This document shows positions 1 to 7,903 of a stretch of DNA of 64,000 nucleotides, piece after piece. The notes under the pieces are model-generated. The model did not search any database. It was not told where the DNA came from and worked only from the letters and a program-made list of their open reading frames with translations. The number at the start of each line of letters is the position of its first letter. Positions within the stretch are counted from its first letter, which is position 1. Both the position numbers and the translations under genes were made by a program. The stretch comes from a bacterium (GTDB taxonomy: Bacteria > Patescibacteriota > Minisyncoccia > Phycocordibacterales > Phycocordibacteraceae): assembly GCA_021778295.1 (NCBI GenBank), contig JAJYCP010000001.1:2390-66389 (forward strand), read 5' to 3'.

Positions 1-1074
1 AATTTCCTGAAGGAGAAAGACGAAAACTTTACCGGCGAGGACGTACTTGAGGGTATTACCGCGGTTCTGTCGGTAAAACTTCCTGAAATCCAGTTTGAAG
101 GGCAGACGAAAGCGAAGCTCGGTTCGGTCGAAGCGCAAGGAGCAGTCGCCGCCGTTTTCGGAGAGGCGCTTAGTTCATTTCTTGAAGAGAATCCGGACGA
201 TGCGCGCGCGATACTGAACAAAGTTCAGCTCGCGCTCAAGGCGCGCAAGGCCGCGAAAGCGGCAAAGGACTCGGTGCTCAGAAAGGGCGCTCTTGAGGGC
301 ATGACGCTTCCGGGGAAACTTGCCGACTGCCAAACCAAGAGCGCTGAGGAAGGCGAACTGTTCATCGTCGAGGGCGATTCGGCCGGCGGCTCAAGCAAAC
401 AAGGACGGGATCGCCGGACCCAGGCCATACTTCCGCTGCGCGGTAAGATTTTGAACGTCGAGCGGGCGCGCATAGACCGTATGCTCGCTTCGGTTGAGAT
501 CCGCGCGCTGGTCGTCGCCATGGGGACCGCCATCGGCGATGTTTTCGATATTACAAAACTGCGCTATCACAAAATCATCATCGCGACCGATGCGGACGTT
601 GACGGCGCGCACATTCGTACGCTGCTTCTCACGCTCCTCTACCGCCACTTCCGGCCTATCATTGAGGGCGGCTTCGTCTACATCGCTCAGCCGCCGCTGT
701 ATAAAATCTCAAAAGGGAAGGCGATCGCGTACGCATATTCGGATAATGAAAAGGAAGCGGTATTGAAAGAATTCGGCGTCGCGGCAAGCGACATCGCTGT
801 TGTCGGCGAGGGCGACGATACCCCGGAAGAAGAAGTCGTTACGGCAAAAAAACCGGCCAAGGCGAACATTCAGCGTTACAAAGGTCTCGGCGAAATGAAC
901 CCGAGCGAGTTGTGGGAGACAACGATGGACCCGAGTCGCCGCGTTCTGAAGAGGGTGCATATCGAAGACGCCGAAGCGGCCGACCGCATTTTCGATATTC
1001 TCATGGGCACCGATGTCGCGAGTCGGAAATCATTCATCCAATCGAACGCGAAACTTGCGACGATTGACGCATAG
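1..1074 (+). CDS. gyrB: DNA gyrase subunit B, C-terminal part (5' end lies upstream of the window)
   Basis: Frame 1 is open from base 1. TOPRIM and GyrB C-terminal signatures are present: EGDSAGGSSKQGRDRRTQAILPLRGKILNVERA, IIIATDADVDGAHIRTLLLT, YKGLGEMNP. Confidence 0.95.
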   Translation, partial: NFLKEKDENFTGEDVLEGITAVLSVKLPEIQFEGQTKAKLGSVEAQGAVAAVFGEALSSFLEENPDDARAILNKVQLALKARKAAKAAKDSVLRKGALEGMTLPGKLADCQTKSAEEGELFIVEGDSAGGSSKQGRDRRTQAILPLRGKILNVERARIDRMLASVEIRALVVAMGTAIGDVFDITKLRYHKIIIATDADVDGAHIRTLLLTLLYRHFRPIIEGGFVYIAQPPLYKISKGKAIAYAYSDNEKEAVLKEFGVAASDIAVVGEGDDTPEEEVVTAKKPAKANIQRYKGLGEMNPSELWETTMDPSRRVLKRVHIEDAEAADRIFDILMGTDVASRKSFIQSNAKLATIDA

Positions 1075-1076
1075 CG

Positions 1077-1097
1077 GTTCGCACTCTGGCTGCGAAC
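1077..1097. terminator. Hairpin between convergent gyrB and the 1099..1854 gene
   Basis: GTTCGCA-ctctggc-TGCGAAC, a 7-bp stem. There is no clean U-tract. Confidence 0.35.
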
Positions 1098-1098
1098 T

Positions 1099-1854
1099 TT
1101 ATGACCCGAGGATGGTTATCTTTGCGGAAGCACTGTCGTTATTCGTATCCGACTCTGTCACCGCGTGATCGAAGTTTGCGGTAACCGAAATGGTTTGGTT
1201 TGCGCCGGGGTTCGGCTGGCTGAATCCGAGCGTGTATTCGATGTAATCGCCTGGGTTGAGGCTCTGTTGGGGAACAGACTGGTAGATAGAATCCGAGGAG
1301 GTCGGGATGGAAGCACTGAAGCGCCACGGACCGGCGACATTCGTCCCGATATTCTTTACGGTGAATTTGACCGCGGGATTTTCTCCGTACGGTACCGTTG
1401 TCGTCGCGACGAATGAACTCGTCGAAGTTGAGGTAAGATACCCCACTGCGTTTATGGTGACGATGAAGTCAGGAAGGCCGAAAAGTGCGCTCGTACCGCC
1501 GCCAAGTTGATAGGTCCCGCTCGTTTTGGCACCGGCAGTCGGCGTTACCGCACGCGGCGCGCTCGGGCTTGAAGTCGCCTGCGCCGTGCTTGTCGAAGCA
1601 GTCGAACTCGCCGTGTCGAAAGGAATCGTTGTCGATGCGGCAGGAACGACCGAGAGGGAAGGCGTCGGAGCGCTCGTAAAGATCTGGGAAAGCGATACGG
1701 CAGCCGCACCGAGACGGCCTACCGTGCTCGGAACGTAGCGCGCCGAGTAAATGGCGAGCGAGATGCCAAGGACTATGAGCGTCACAAATCCCACCACAGC
1801 AAGGCCGTGTATGGCCGCCCGGCGGGCCGGCGTATTTATTTCTATCGAGGTCAT
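1099..1854 (-). CDS. N-terminally membrane-anchored surface protein with a CARDB-like C-terminal domain
   Basis: TM helix HGLAVVGFVTLIVLGISLAIY, then a Ser/Thr/Ala-rich linker. The C-terminal block VKFTVKNIGTNVAGPW...NQTISVTANFDHAVTESDTNND resembles the CARDB pattern (VxNxG ... VxESxExNN). The start is taken at MTSIE; upstream in-frame alternatives run up to 1890. Confidence 0.6.
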   Translation of the reverse strand: MTSIEINTPARRAAIHGLAVVGFVTLIVLGISLAIYSARYVPSTVGRLGAAAVSLSQIFTSAPTPSLSVVPAASTTIPFDTASSTASTSTAQATSSPSAPRAVTPTAGAKTSGTYQLGGGTSALFGLPDFIVTINAVGYLTSTSTSSFVATTTVPYGENPAVKFTVKNIGTNVAGPWRFSASIPTSSDSIYQSVPQQSLNPGDYIEYTLGFSQPNPGANQTISVTANFDHAVTESDTNNDSASAKITILGS

Positions 1855-1943
1855 GAATATGTACATACAATAGGATAGTTTCAATGTCAAGTTTCAAACA
1901 CTTGACGTATGCGATATTCTGGTGTATTCCTAGACAGGACTAT

Positions 1944-2624
1944 ATGGGAGGAATCACCGATTTCATCGTGCGGCTCTTCAGGGCTTGCGCACGCGCCTAC
2001 GAAAGAAAGTGGAGCTTTCTTGGCGTTTTCGTGTTCGTATTTCTCGGCAGTGTCTCCCTGCTCGCACAACTCAGCCTTTTACCGGATGCGCCACAGTTGT
2101 CAGTTGCTCCATCGGCTACGCTTACGGCAAGTCCGCTTATTGCTGCAAGCTTGCACACGGCAACGTCGACTGCGGGAGCCGAATTTCCGACGAGCATAGT
2201 CATCCCCGCGCTCCGGCTTTCAGTGACGATTGCGAATCCGGATACGACTGACATCAGTACGCTCGACAGCCTCCTCCTCAAAGGCGCTGTGCGCTATCCA
2301 ACTTCCGCACTGCTCGGCGAGGCGGGCAACGTCGTCCTCTTCGGACACTCAAGCTACCTGCCGATAGTCCTCAATCAGGCCTACAAGACGTTCGACGGTA
2401 TTCAGAAACTGACGTCGGGTGACGCTATCACCGTATACTCGTCCGATATGGCCTATACGTATCGGGTGAAGAGCGTCACGAAAGAAAGCGCAAACGATGC
2501 GGCGATCCCGCTCTCGGTTACCGGAAGGATACTCACACTTTCCACGTGCGACTCTTTCGGAGAGAAGACCGATCGATTCGTCGTCATCGCGGACTTTGTC
2601 GAGAGCCATTCGATTTCCAGCTAG
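1944..2624 (+). CDS. Sortase-family transpeptidase
   Basis: N-terminal TM (FLGVFVFVFLGSVSLLAQL). Catalytic His in VVLFGHSSY, TLSTC catalytic Cys motif, and Arg 11 residues downstream (DRFVV). The start is taken at MGGITDF; the ORF track begins at 1884. Confidence 0.8.
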   Translation: MGGITDFIVRLFRACARAYERKWSFLGVFVFVFLGSVSLLAQLSLLPDAPQLSVAPSATLTASPLIAASLHTATSTAGAEFPTSIVIPALRLSVTIANPDTTDISTLDSLLLKGAVRYPTSALLGEAGNVVLFGHSSYLPIVLNQAYKTFDGIQKLTSGDAITVYSSDMAYTYRVKSVTKESANDAAIPLSVTGRILTLSTCDSFGEKTDRFVVIADFVESHSISS

Positions 2625-2644
2625 CTGGAAATCGAATGGCTCTC
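2601..2644. repeat. Perfect 44-bp palindrome (22-bp arms, no spacer) spanning the sortase stop codon
   Basis: GAGAGCCATTCGATTTCCAGCT|AGCTGGAAATCGAATGGCTCTC. It produces the same peptide, FDFQLAGNRMAL, in ORFs on both strands (2349..2777 - and 2546..2926 +). Confidence 0.95.
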
Positions 2645-2714
2645 CGCAAGGAGAGAAAAGAAGATTGTTCTTTCCATCAGCCAGCCGCACGCGCGGCACA
2701 AAAGGAGTACGAAG

Positions 2715-3578
2715 ATGAACAAAATCATCGTTGTGCTGGCGCTCATCCTGGCGCTTGCGACAGTGGATTCGGCGCATGCCGAGTTCTCCTGGCGGTACTT
2801 CGGTGTCGCCCCCTATGCCTCGACGCGAGCCGAAGCGATGCGTACGCGCGAAAGCGCATTTCAGAAACTCGGCCTTCCGCCTCCGGTCGTCGCTCTCCTC
2901 ATGAAAGCGACAGAGAAGCCGGGTAAAAAAATGCGACTCACCGTAGGTGACCGTCTCGCCGCGATGCTTTCAACCGGAGGTATCGTGCACAAGGATGTGC
3001 GCGTTGATTTCGTCACGCCGCCGGTAAGCGGCAAGATGGAATACGCCGCGCCGGCGGAAGAGTGGCAGGTTTCTTGGCACGGGAAGATCTATACGGTCAT
3101 CTTGCCTGAAATTTGCAACAATTGGTCAACGCTGGTTCCGGTTCCGGTCCCAGCACCTACACAATGCGTCGAACTTACGTTCACTGCGCCAGTCGGAGGG
3201 CATGTTCGTTGGGGCGTTGGCAGCACCGAAGGCCCCTTACCGCCGAGCGAATGCAATGCTCAGCGCCAAGGTTCCGGAGCGTGGACGGCATGGATGGGCG
3301 AGTGCGATGTGTGCACTCCTGCACTTGGGTACATTCGAGGCATACTCGGGAGTACCGCAGAAGTGCCGCACAAGTACATGTATCCGGTAACGGCAACAAC
3401 GCAGACACTTCGCTTCTCAACAGCGATCCGGAGCCGAGTCGTCTATCTTTGCCTTGAATACCCGGATGGTTCGCAGACCTGCGGCGTTTACGTGAGGCCG
3501 CACGACTGGAAGGGCAGACGGAATGTCGTCATTCCTGGTGCGTTATGGCTGAAGGATAACGGAGAGTGCCCGCGGTAG
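2715..3578 (+). CDS. Secreted Cys-rich hypothetical protein
   Basis: AAGGAG sits 8 nt upstream of the ATG. Signal peptide MNKIIVVLALILALATVDSAHA. Ten Cys in the mature part. No family recognised. Confidence 0.6.
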   Translation: MNKIIVVLALILALATVDSAHAEFSWRYFGVAPYASTRAEAMRTRESAFQKLGLPPPVVALLMKATEKPGKKMRLTVGDRLAAMLSTGGIVHKDVRVDFVTPPVSGKMEYAAPAEEWQVSWHGKIYTVILPEICNNWSTLVPVPVPAPTQCVELTFTAPVGGHVRWGVGSTEGPLPPSECNAQRQGSGAWTAWMGECDVCTPALGYIRGILGSTAEVPHKYMYPVTATTQTLRFSTAIRSRVVYLCLEYPDGSQTCGVYVRPHDWKGRRNVVIPGALWLKDNGECPR

Positions 3579-3645
3579 CTCTTTGGGTTGGAATGATGAA
3601 CATCATACCCTCATTCCAACCCTTTTCATACGCCGTGTAATCGGC

Positions 3646-6105
3646 ATGAGCAGATTTATGACAAAAATGGAAAAAATGAATGCATATGCATCCAAACGAC
3701 CGGTTGTTATCGGTCTCTTTGCCGTAGTGCTCACGGTTGCTTTGGGCATGTCGATTGCGTTTGCAGCAGGTTTCATCACACCCTCGCAGATTTTCGCTCA
3801 AGTCGTCGGGCCGCCTTGTTGCCCGCCACCCCCACCGCCACCCCCACCCCCTCCGCCACCCCCACCCCCTCCGCCTCCGACACCCCCGCCGGTGCCCACC
3901 TGCACTCTTTCTGTAAACCCATCCACTCTTCCGTATGGAGGCGGTTCGACGGTCCTCTCGTGGACCACGAGTGCAGCTTCCAATATGCTCATCCAAAGTA
4001 GCGATGCAAACGGGAAAACAGGCACGGTTACCTCAGGATGGATTCTGGCAAGCCCATCCGGTTCGCAGAGCGTCACCGAGTCTATAACAACGCAGTTTAC
4101 GATGACGGTCTCGGGTGCCGGCGGCACAACGCAGTGTCAAACCATCATTACTGTGGCCCCGCCCCCCGCTCCCACCTGCACACTTACAGCGAGCCCCACT
4201 TCGCTCGCTTATGGGGGCGGCTTGACCACGCTCACATGGACAACGACCGGTGCAACTTCAGCGAGTATAGATAACGGCGTCGGCTCGGTCACACCGGTAA
4301 TATCCGGCGCGAAACTGATTTTTGTTGTTACGACAACGAACTACACCCTGACTGCGAAAGGTCCAGGCGGAGAAACGACGTGTGCGGCGGCAGTAACTGT
4401 TGCCCCTCCGCCCCCGCCCACCGCTCCCACCTGCACGCTCACCGCTTCGCCAACCGCAATTCAGACCGGCGGCTCCGCGGCGCTCAGTTGGACGACAACC
4501 AATGCAACTTCGTTTTCAATCGATCAAGGCATCGGTTCTGTCACACCGGTTGCTTCCGGTTCAAAGTCCGTTTCTCCGTCGACAACGACCACCTACACCG
4601 GTACCGCAACCGGTTCCGGCGGCACCGTCCACTGCGCCGCGACCGTGACGGTCACCTCAACCCCGCCCCCGCCCACCGCTCCCACCTGCACGCTCACCGC
4701 TTCGCCGACGAGTGTGAATACTGGCAACCACACAACGCTCACATGGACGACGACGAATGCCGACACGTTCACTATTGATCATGGTATCGGTTCCGTATCG
4801 CCCGCTGTCGGCGGGTCGATACTCTCAGGAGCGATTACAGCCACTACCACATTCACCGGTACGGTCGTGAGTCCCTCCGGAGAGACCGCAACGTGTTCCG
4901 CGGCCGTTTCAGTGAACGGCGGAGGCGGCGGAGGCGGCCCGACCTGCTCGCTCACCGTCTCGCCGACGAGCTACACCACCGGCGGTTCGGCAACGCTTTC
5001 CTGGAGCGGTAACGAAATCTCAAATGTCGACATTAACAATGGCATCGCAACCGCGACAAGCTCGCCCGGCTCAGTCGTCGTCTCGCCGGCGGCGGTCGGT
5101 AGCTATACCTATACGGGAACCTTCCATGCACAAACCGGCCAGACCCTTACCTGTACCGCAACGCTTGTTGTAACAGGCGGCGGAGGGGGTGGCGGTTGCA
5201 CTAGCAACTGCGGCGGAGGCGGCGGATCACCTCCGCCCGTCATCACGCTTTCAGCGCTTCCTCATGCCAGCACGCAGCCGCTTGCGTACCTCTACCTCTC
5301 GCAAATACCCTATACCGGACTCGATCTCGGACCCGTCGGGACGACGCTTTACTGGCTTGCGCTTATCGGTTGGTCGCTCGCGCTCGCCTATCTCATCCTT
5401 TTCGGTGCCGTGCCGTTTGCCTATGGCCACGCGCGCCGCTTCGGCGAAAGGATTTCTGCGACGCTCAATAACGCGCAGAAATCCGAGGATAAAATCGCGT
5501 CCGTAGCACTCACACCCCAGCTTCCCGAGACGCCTCAAGCATCGCGGGGGTATTCCGCCTACGAGGGTTTCAAATCTTTCGCACACAACGGCGCACTCTC
5601 CATAGAAGATATTGTGAAAGGTCTTTCCCATCAGACTCGCCCGCCAGTCGTCGATCGTACCGTGAAGCCGACGCGCAATGTCGAACCCATATATGAAAAC
5701 GTCGAACCGGTCCGTGAGAATGTCGAGACAATCGCAGAGGGGATTGCGCCGGAAGCAGATGCAGCAACGCATGGAACGCCGGTACAGGTGCGCGGCTTTC
5801 TCTCGGCGCTTGTCGAAGGCGACCGCGTCGCGGTATTTGCCGGACTGCGTGAATACGTGCGCGGAGGAGGGAAGCCGGAGCGGCTGCTCTGCGACACCGT
5901 CTGTCTTCTTGACGACGTATACCGCGCGCGCATCGACGGGACCGCCTGCGATGCCGATATAAGCCGCCTGACGGCGCGCCTTACCACGCCGCATCTCGAA
6001 CAGCTCGTCGCCGCGCTCGCCACGGCGATTGACTCAAGCTATTCGGCGGGGGTCACGGGCGCAAAGCTTGCGCTCACCCGCGCGCTTGCATTGCTCGGAG
6101 CGTAA
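3646..6105 (+). CDS. Large modular surface protein: signal-anchor, poly-Pro stalk, five tandem Ig-like modules, poly-Gly linkers, IPYTG motif plus TM, and a ~230-aa C-terminal domain
   Basis: The ORF is open 3583..6105; the first ATG with a following hydrophobic anchor (RPVVIGLFAVVLTVALGMSIAFAAG) is at 3646. Composition and repeats are described in the findings. Confidence 0.75.
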   Translation: MSRFMTKMEKMNAYASKRPVVIGLFAVVLTVALGMSIAFAAGFITPSQIFAQVVGPPCCPPPPPPPPPPPPPPPPPPPTPPPVPTCTLSVNPSTLPYGGGSTVLSWTTSAASNMLIQSSDANGKTGTVTSGWILASPSGSQSVTESITTQFTMTVSGAGGTTQCQTIITVAPPPAPTCTLTASPTSLAYGGGLTTLTWTTTGATSASIDNGVGSVTPVISGAKLIFVVTTTNYTLTAKGPGGETTCAAAVTVAPPPPPTAPTCTLTASPTAIQTGGSAALSWTTTNATSFSIDQGIGSVTPVASGSKSVSPSTTTTYTGTATGSGGTVHCAATVTVTSTPPPPTAPTCTLTASPTSVNTGNHTTLTWTTTNADTFTIDHGIGSVSPAVGGSILSGAITATTTFTGTVVSPSGETATCSAAVSVNGGGGGGGPTCSLTVSPTSYTTGGSATLSWSGNEISNVDINNGIATATSSPGSVVVSPAAVGSYTYTGTFHAQTGQTLTCTATLVVTGGGGGGGCTSNCGGGGGSPPPVITLSALPHASTQPLAYLYLSQIPYTGLDLGPVGTTLYWLALIGWSLALAYLILFGAVPFAYGHARRFGERISATLNNAQKSEDKIASVALTPQLPETPQASRGYSAYEGFKSFAHNGALSIEDIVKGLSHQTRPPVVDRTVKPTRNVEPIYENVEPVRENVETIAEGIAPEADAATHGTPVQVRGFLSALVEGDRVAVFAGLREYVRGGGKPERLLCDTVCLLDDVYRARIDGTACDADISRLTARLTTPHLEQLVAALATAIDSSYSAGVTGAKLALTRALALLGA
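3895..5196 (+). repeat. Five tandem ~85-aa coding repeats (PTC(T/S)L(T/S)..P....GG...L(T/S)W(T/S)....ID.GIG.V.P...C...V.V), each bracketed by a Cys pair
   Basis: The modules start near 3895, 4171, 4429, 4681 and 4941. A 44-nt stretch is identical at two module boundaries (4408-4451 = 4663-4706). Confidence 0.85.
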
Positions 6106-6135
6106 AGCATTTCAACACTCCTCACCGACTACCTT

Positions 6136-7878
6136 CTACCTTCGCGTCTTGATTTCTTCATTCGCGCGCGCGATAAAATCCGCAAGCGGCATCGCATCCA
6201 GTTTCCCCGCATCGCGACTCTCAGCCGAAACGGTTTTCGCTTCGGCCTCGGTATCACCGACAACGAGGAGATACGGGATTTTTTCCATCTTTCCTGAGCG
6301 GATTTTCTTGCCGAGCGATTCATTTGTATCGGCTGTTTCCGCGCGGATACCCGCCGCCTTGAGCGCAGTCAAAACCTCCTGCGCATACGCGGCGTGTTTT
6401 TCGGACACCGGAAGGACGCGCGCCTGTACCGGTGCGAGCCAGAGCGGAAGATTACCGCCAGTGTGTTCAAGCATGACAGCCGAGAAACGCTCGATCGAGC
6501 CCATGATGGCGCAATGGATCATCACGATACGCTCCTTTTCTCCCCGTTCATTCACGCACGAGAGGTTGAATCGTTCGGGAAGATTCATGTCGAGCTGAAT
6601 GGTCGCGACCTGATGCTCACGACCGAGAGAATCGGTCGCTATGAAATCGAGCTTCGGACCATACATCGCCGCCTCGCCTGGCGCCTCGAAGTAATCGGCG
6701 CCACGCTCTTTTGCGATCAAGCGAAGCGCATCCTCGGCATTCTTCCAGATTTCCGGCGTCCCGAGATATTTTTCTGCCGATGCGGGGTCATGGAAGGAAA
6801 GACGGACACGAAGTGTGAAGCCGAATCCGCCGTAGAACGTGTCAATGATGTCCCAGATTTTGAAGAATTCTTCGCGCACCTGGTTGTGACGGCAGAATAC
6901 ATGGCTGTCATCCTGAGTGATTGAGAGCACGCGCGTAAGTCCGCCGAGCTCACCGGATTGCTCGTCGCGATACACCATCGTCGTTTCAGCATACCGCTGT
7001 GGCATGTCCTTATAGGAGTGAGAATGGCGGTTGAAGATTTGCGTATGATGCGGACAGTTCATGGGCTTCAGCGCGTATTCCTTGCCTTCGCGAGTCGTTA
7101 TGCGGAAGAGCTCCGCCGCGAACTTCTCCCAATGGCCCGAGGTCTCATAGAGCGCTCGTTTTGTGATATGGGGAATGGTCACCCGCTCATAGCCATGCTT
7201 CGCACGTAATTCCCAGACATAGGCGTCGAGCAAATGCCGCATAAGTGCTCCTTTCGGCGTCCACAACGGGAGGCCGGAACCGACGAGCTCGGAAAAGGTG
7301 AAGAGATCAAGCTCTTTGCCGAGTTTGCGATGATCGCGTTTTTTCGCTTCTTCCTGTTGCGCGCGATACGCTTCAAGTTCGTCTTTTGTATCGAATGCGA
7401 GACCGTAAATGCGGGTAAGCATAGGGTTCTTTTCATCGCCGCGCCAGTATGCGCCCGCGACGCGTTCAAGCGCGAACGAGTCTGGTGCGATATCTTTCGC
7501 GGGATTTTCCGCATGTCCGCCGCGGCACAAGTCGGTAAAATTGCCCGCCGTATAGAGCGTCAGTTTCTCGCCTTTTTCGGCAATCTCGTTGACAAGCTCG
7601 CTCTTAAAAGGATTCTTTTTGAAACGATCGTGTGCGTCCTTCAAAGAAATTTCTGCCGCGCGCATGCTCGTCCACGAAGGAAGCAACGCGCGCATCGTTT
7701 CCTCGAGTGCTGCGAGATTCTCTTCGCCGGGCTTCTCGCCGAGCGAGAAGTCGAAGTCGTAATAAAAGCCGTTTTCAATGGTGGGACCGATAGTCGGCAG
7801 TGCATGCGGATAACGCTCCTCGACCGCTGCGGCAAGGAGATGGGCGAGCGTATGGCGTTTATGCTCAAGCGACGTCAT
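6136..7878 (-). CDS. thrS: Threonyl-tRNA synthetase (short form without the TGS N-terminus)
   Basis: HTLAHLL editing-domain motif, a class II core (e.g. YRDEQSGELGGLTRV, HCAIMGSIERF) and a C-terminal anticodon-binding domain. The first ATG is at 7878; the ORF track starts at a TTG at 7902. Confidence 0.92.
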   Translation of the reverse strand: MTSLEHKRHTLAHLLAAAVEERYPHALPTIGPTIENGFYYDFDFSLGEKPGEENLAALEETMRALLPSWTSMRAAEISLKDAHDRFKKNPFKSELVNEIAEKGEKLTLYTAGNFTDLCRGGHAENPAKDIAPDSFALERVAGAYWRGDEKNPMLTRIYGLAFDTKDELEAYRAQQEEAKKRDHRKLGKELDLFTFSELVGSGLPLWTPKGALMRHLLDAYVWELRAKHGYERVTIPHITKRALYETSGHWEKFAAELFRITTREGKEYALKPMNCPHHTQIFNRHSHSYKDMPQRYAETTMVYRDEQSGELGGLTRVLSITQDDSHVFCRHNQVREEFFKIWDIIDTFYGGFGFTLRVRLSFHDPASAEKYLGTPEIWKNAEDALRLIAKERGADYFEAPGEAAMYGPKLDFIATDSLGREHQVATIQLDMNLPERFNLSCVNERGEKERIVMIHCAIMGSIERFSAVMLEHTGGNLPLWLAPVQARVLPVSEKHAAYAQEVLTALKAAGIRAETADTNESLGKKIRSGKMEKIPYLLVVGDTEAEAKTVSAESRDAGKLDAMPLADFIARANEEIKTRR

Positions 7879-7903
7879 GAGAGAGAGAATAGCATATAAC
7901 AAC

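Noticed and set aside
3895-5196. Diversity-generating retroelement (TR/VR) explanation for the repeated modules in the large surface protein.
   Set aside because: No reverse transcriptase or accessory gene is nearby. Differences between the repeats are not restricted to adenine positions, and the repeats are in-frame tandem domains.
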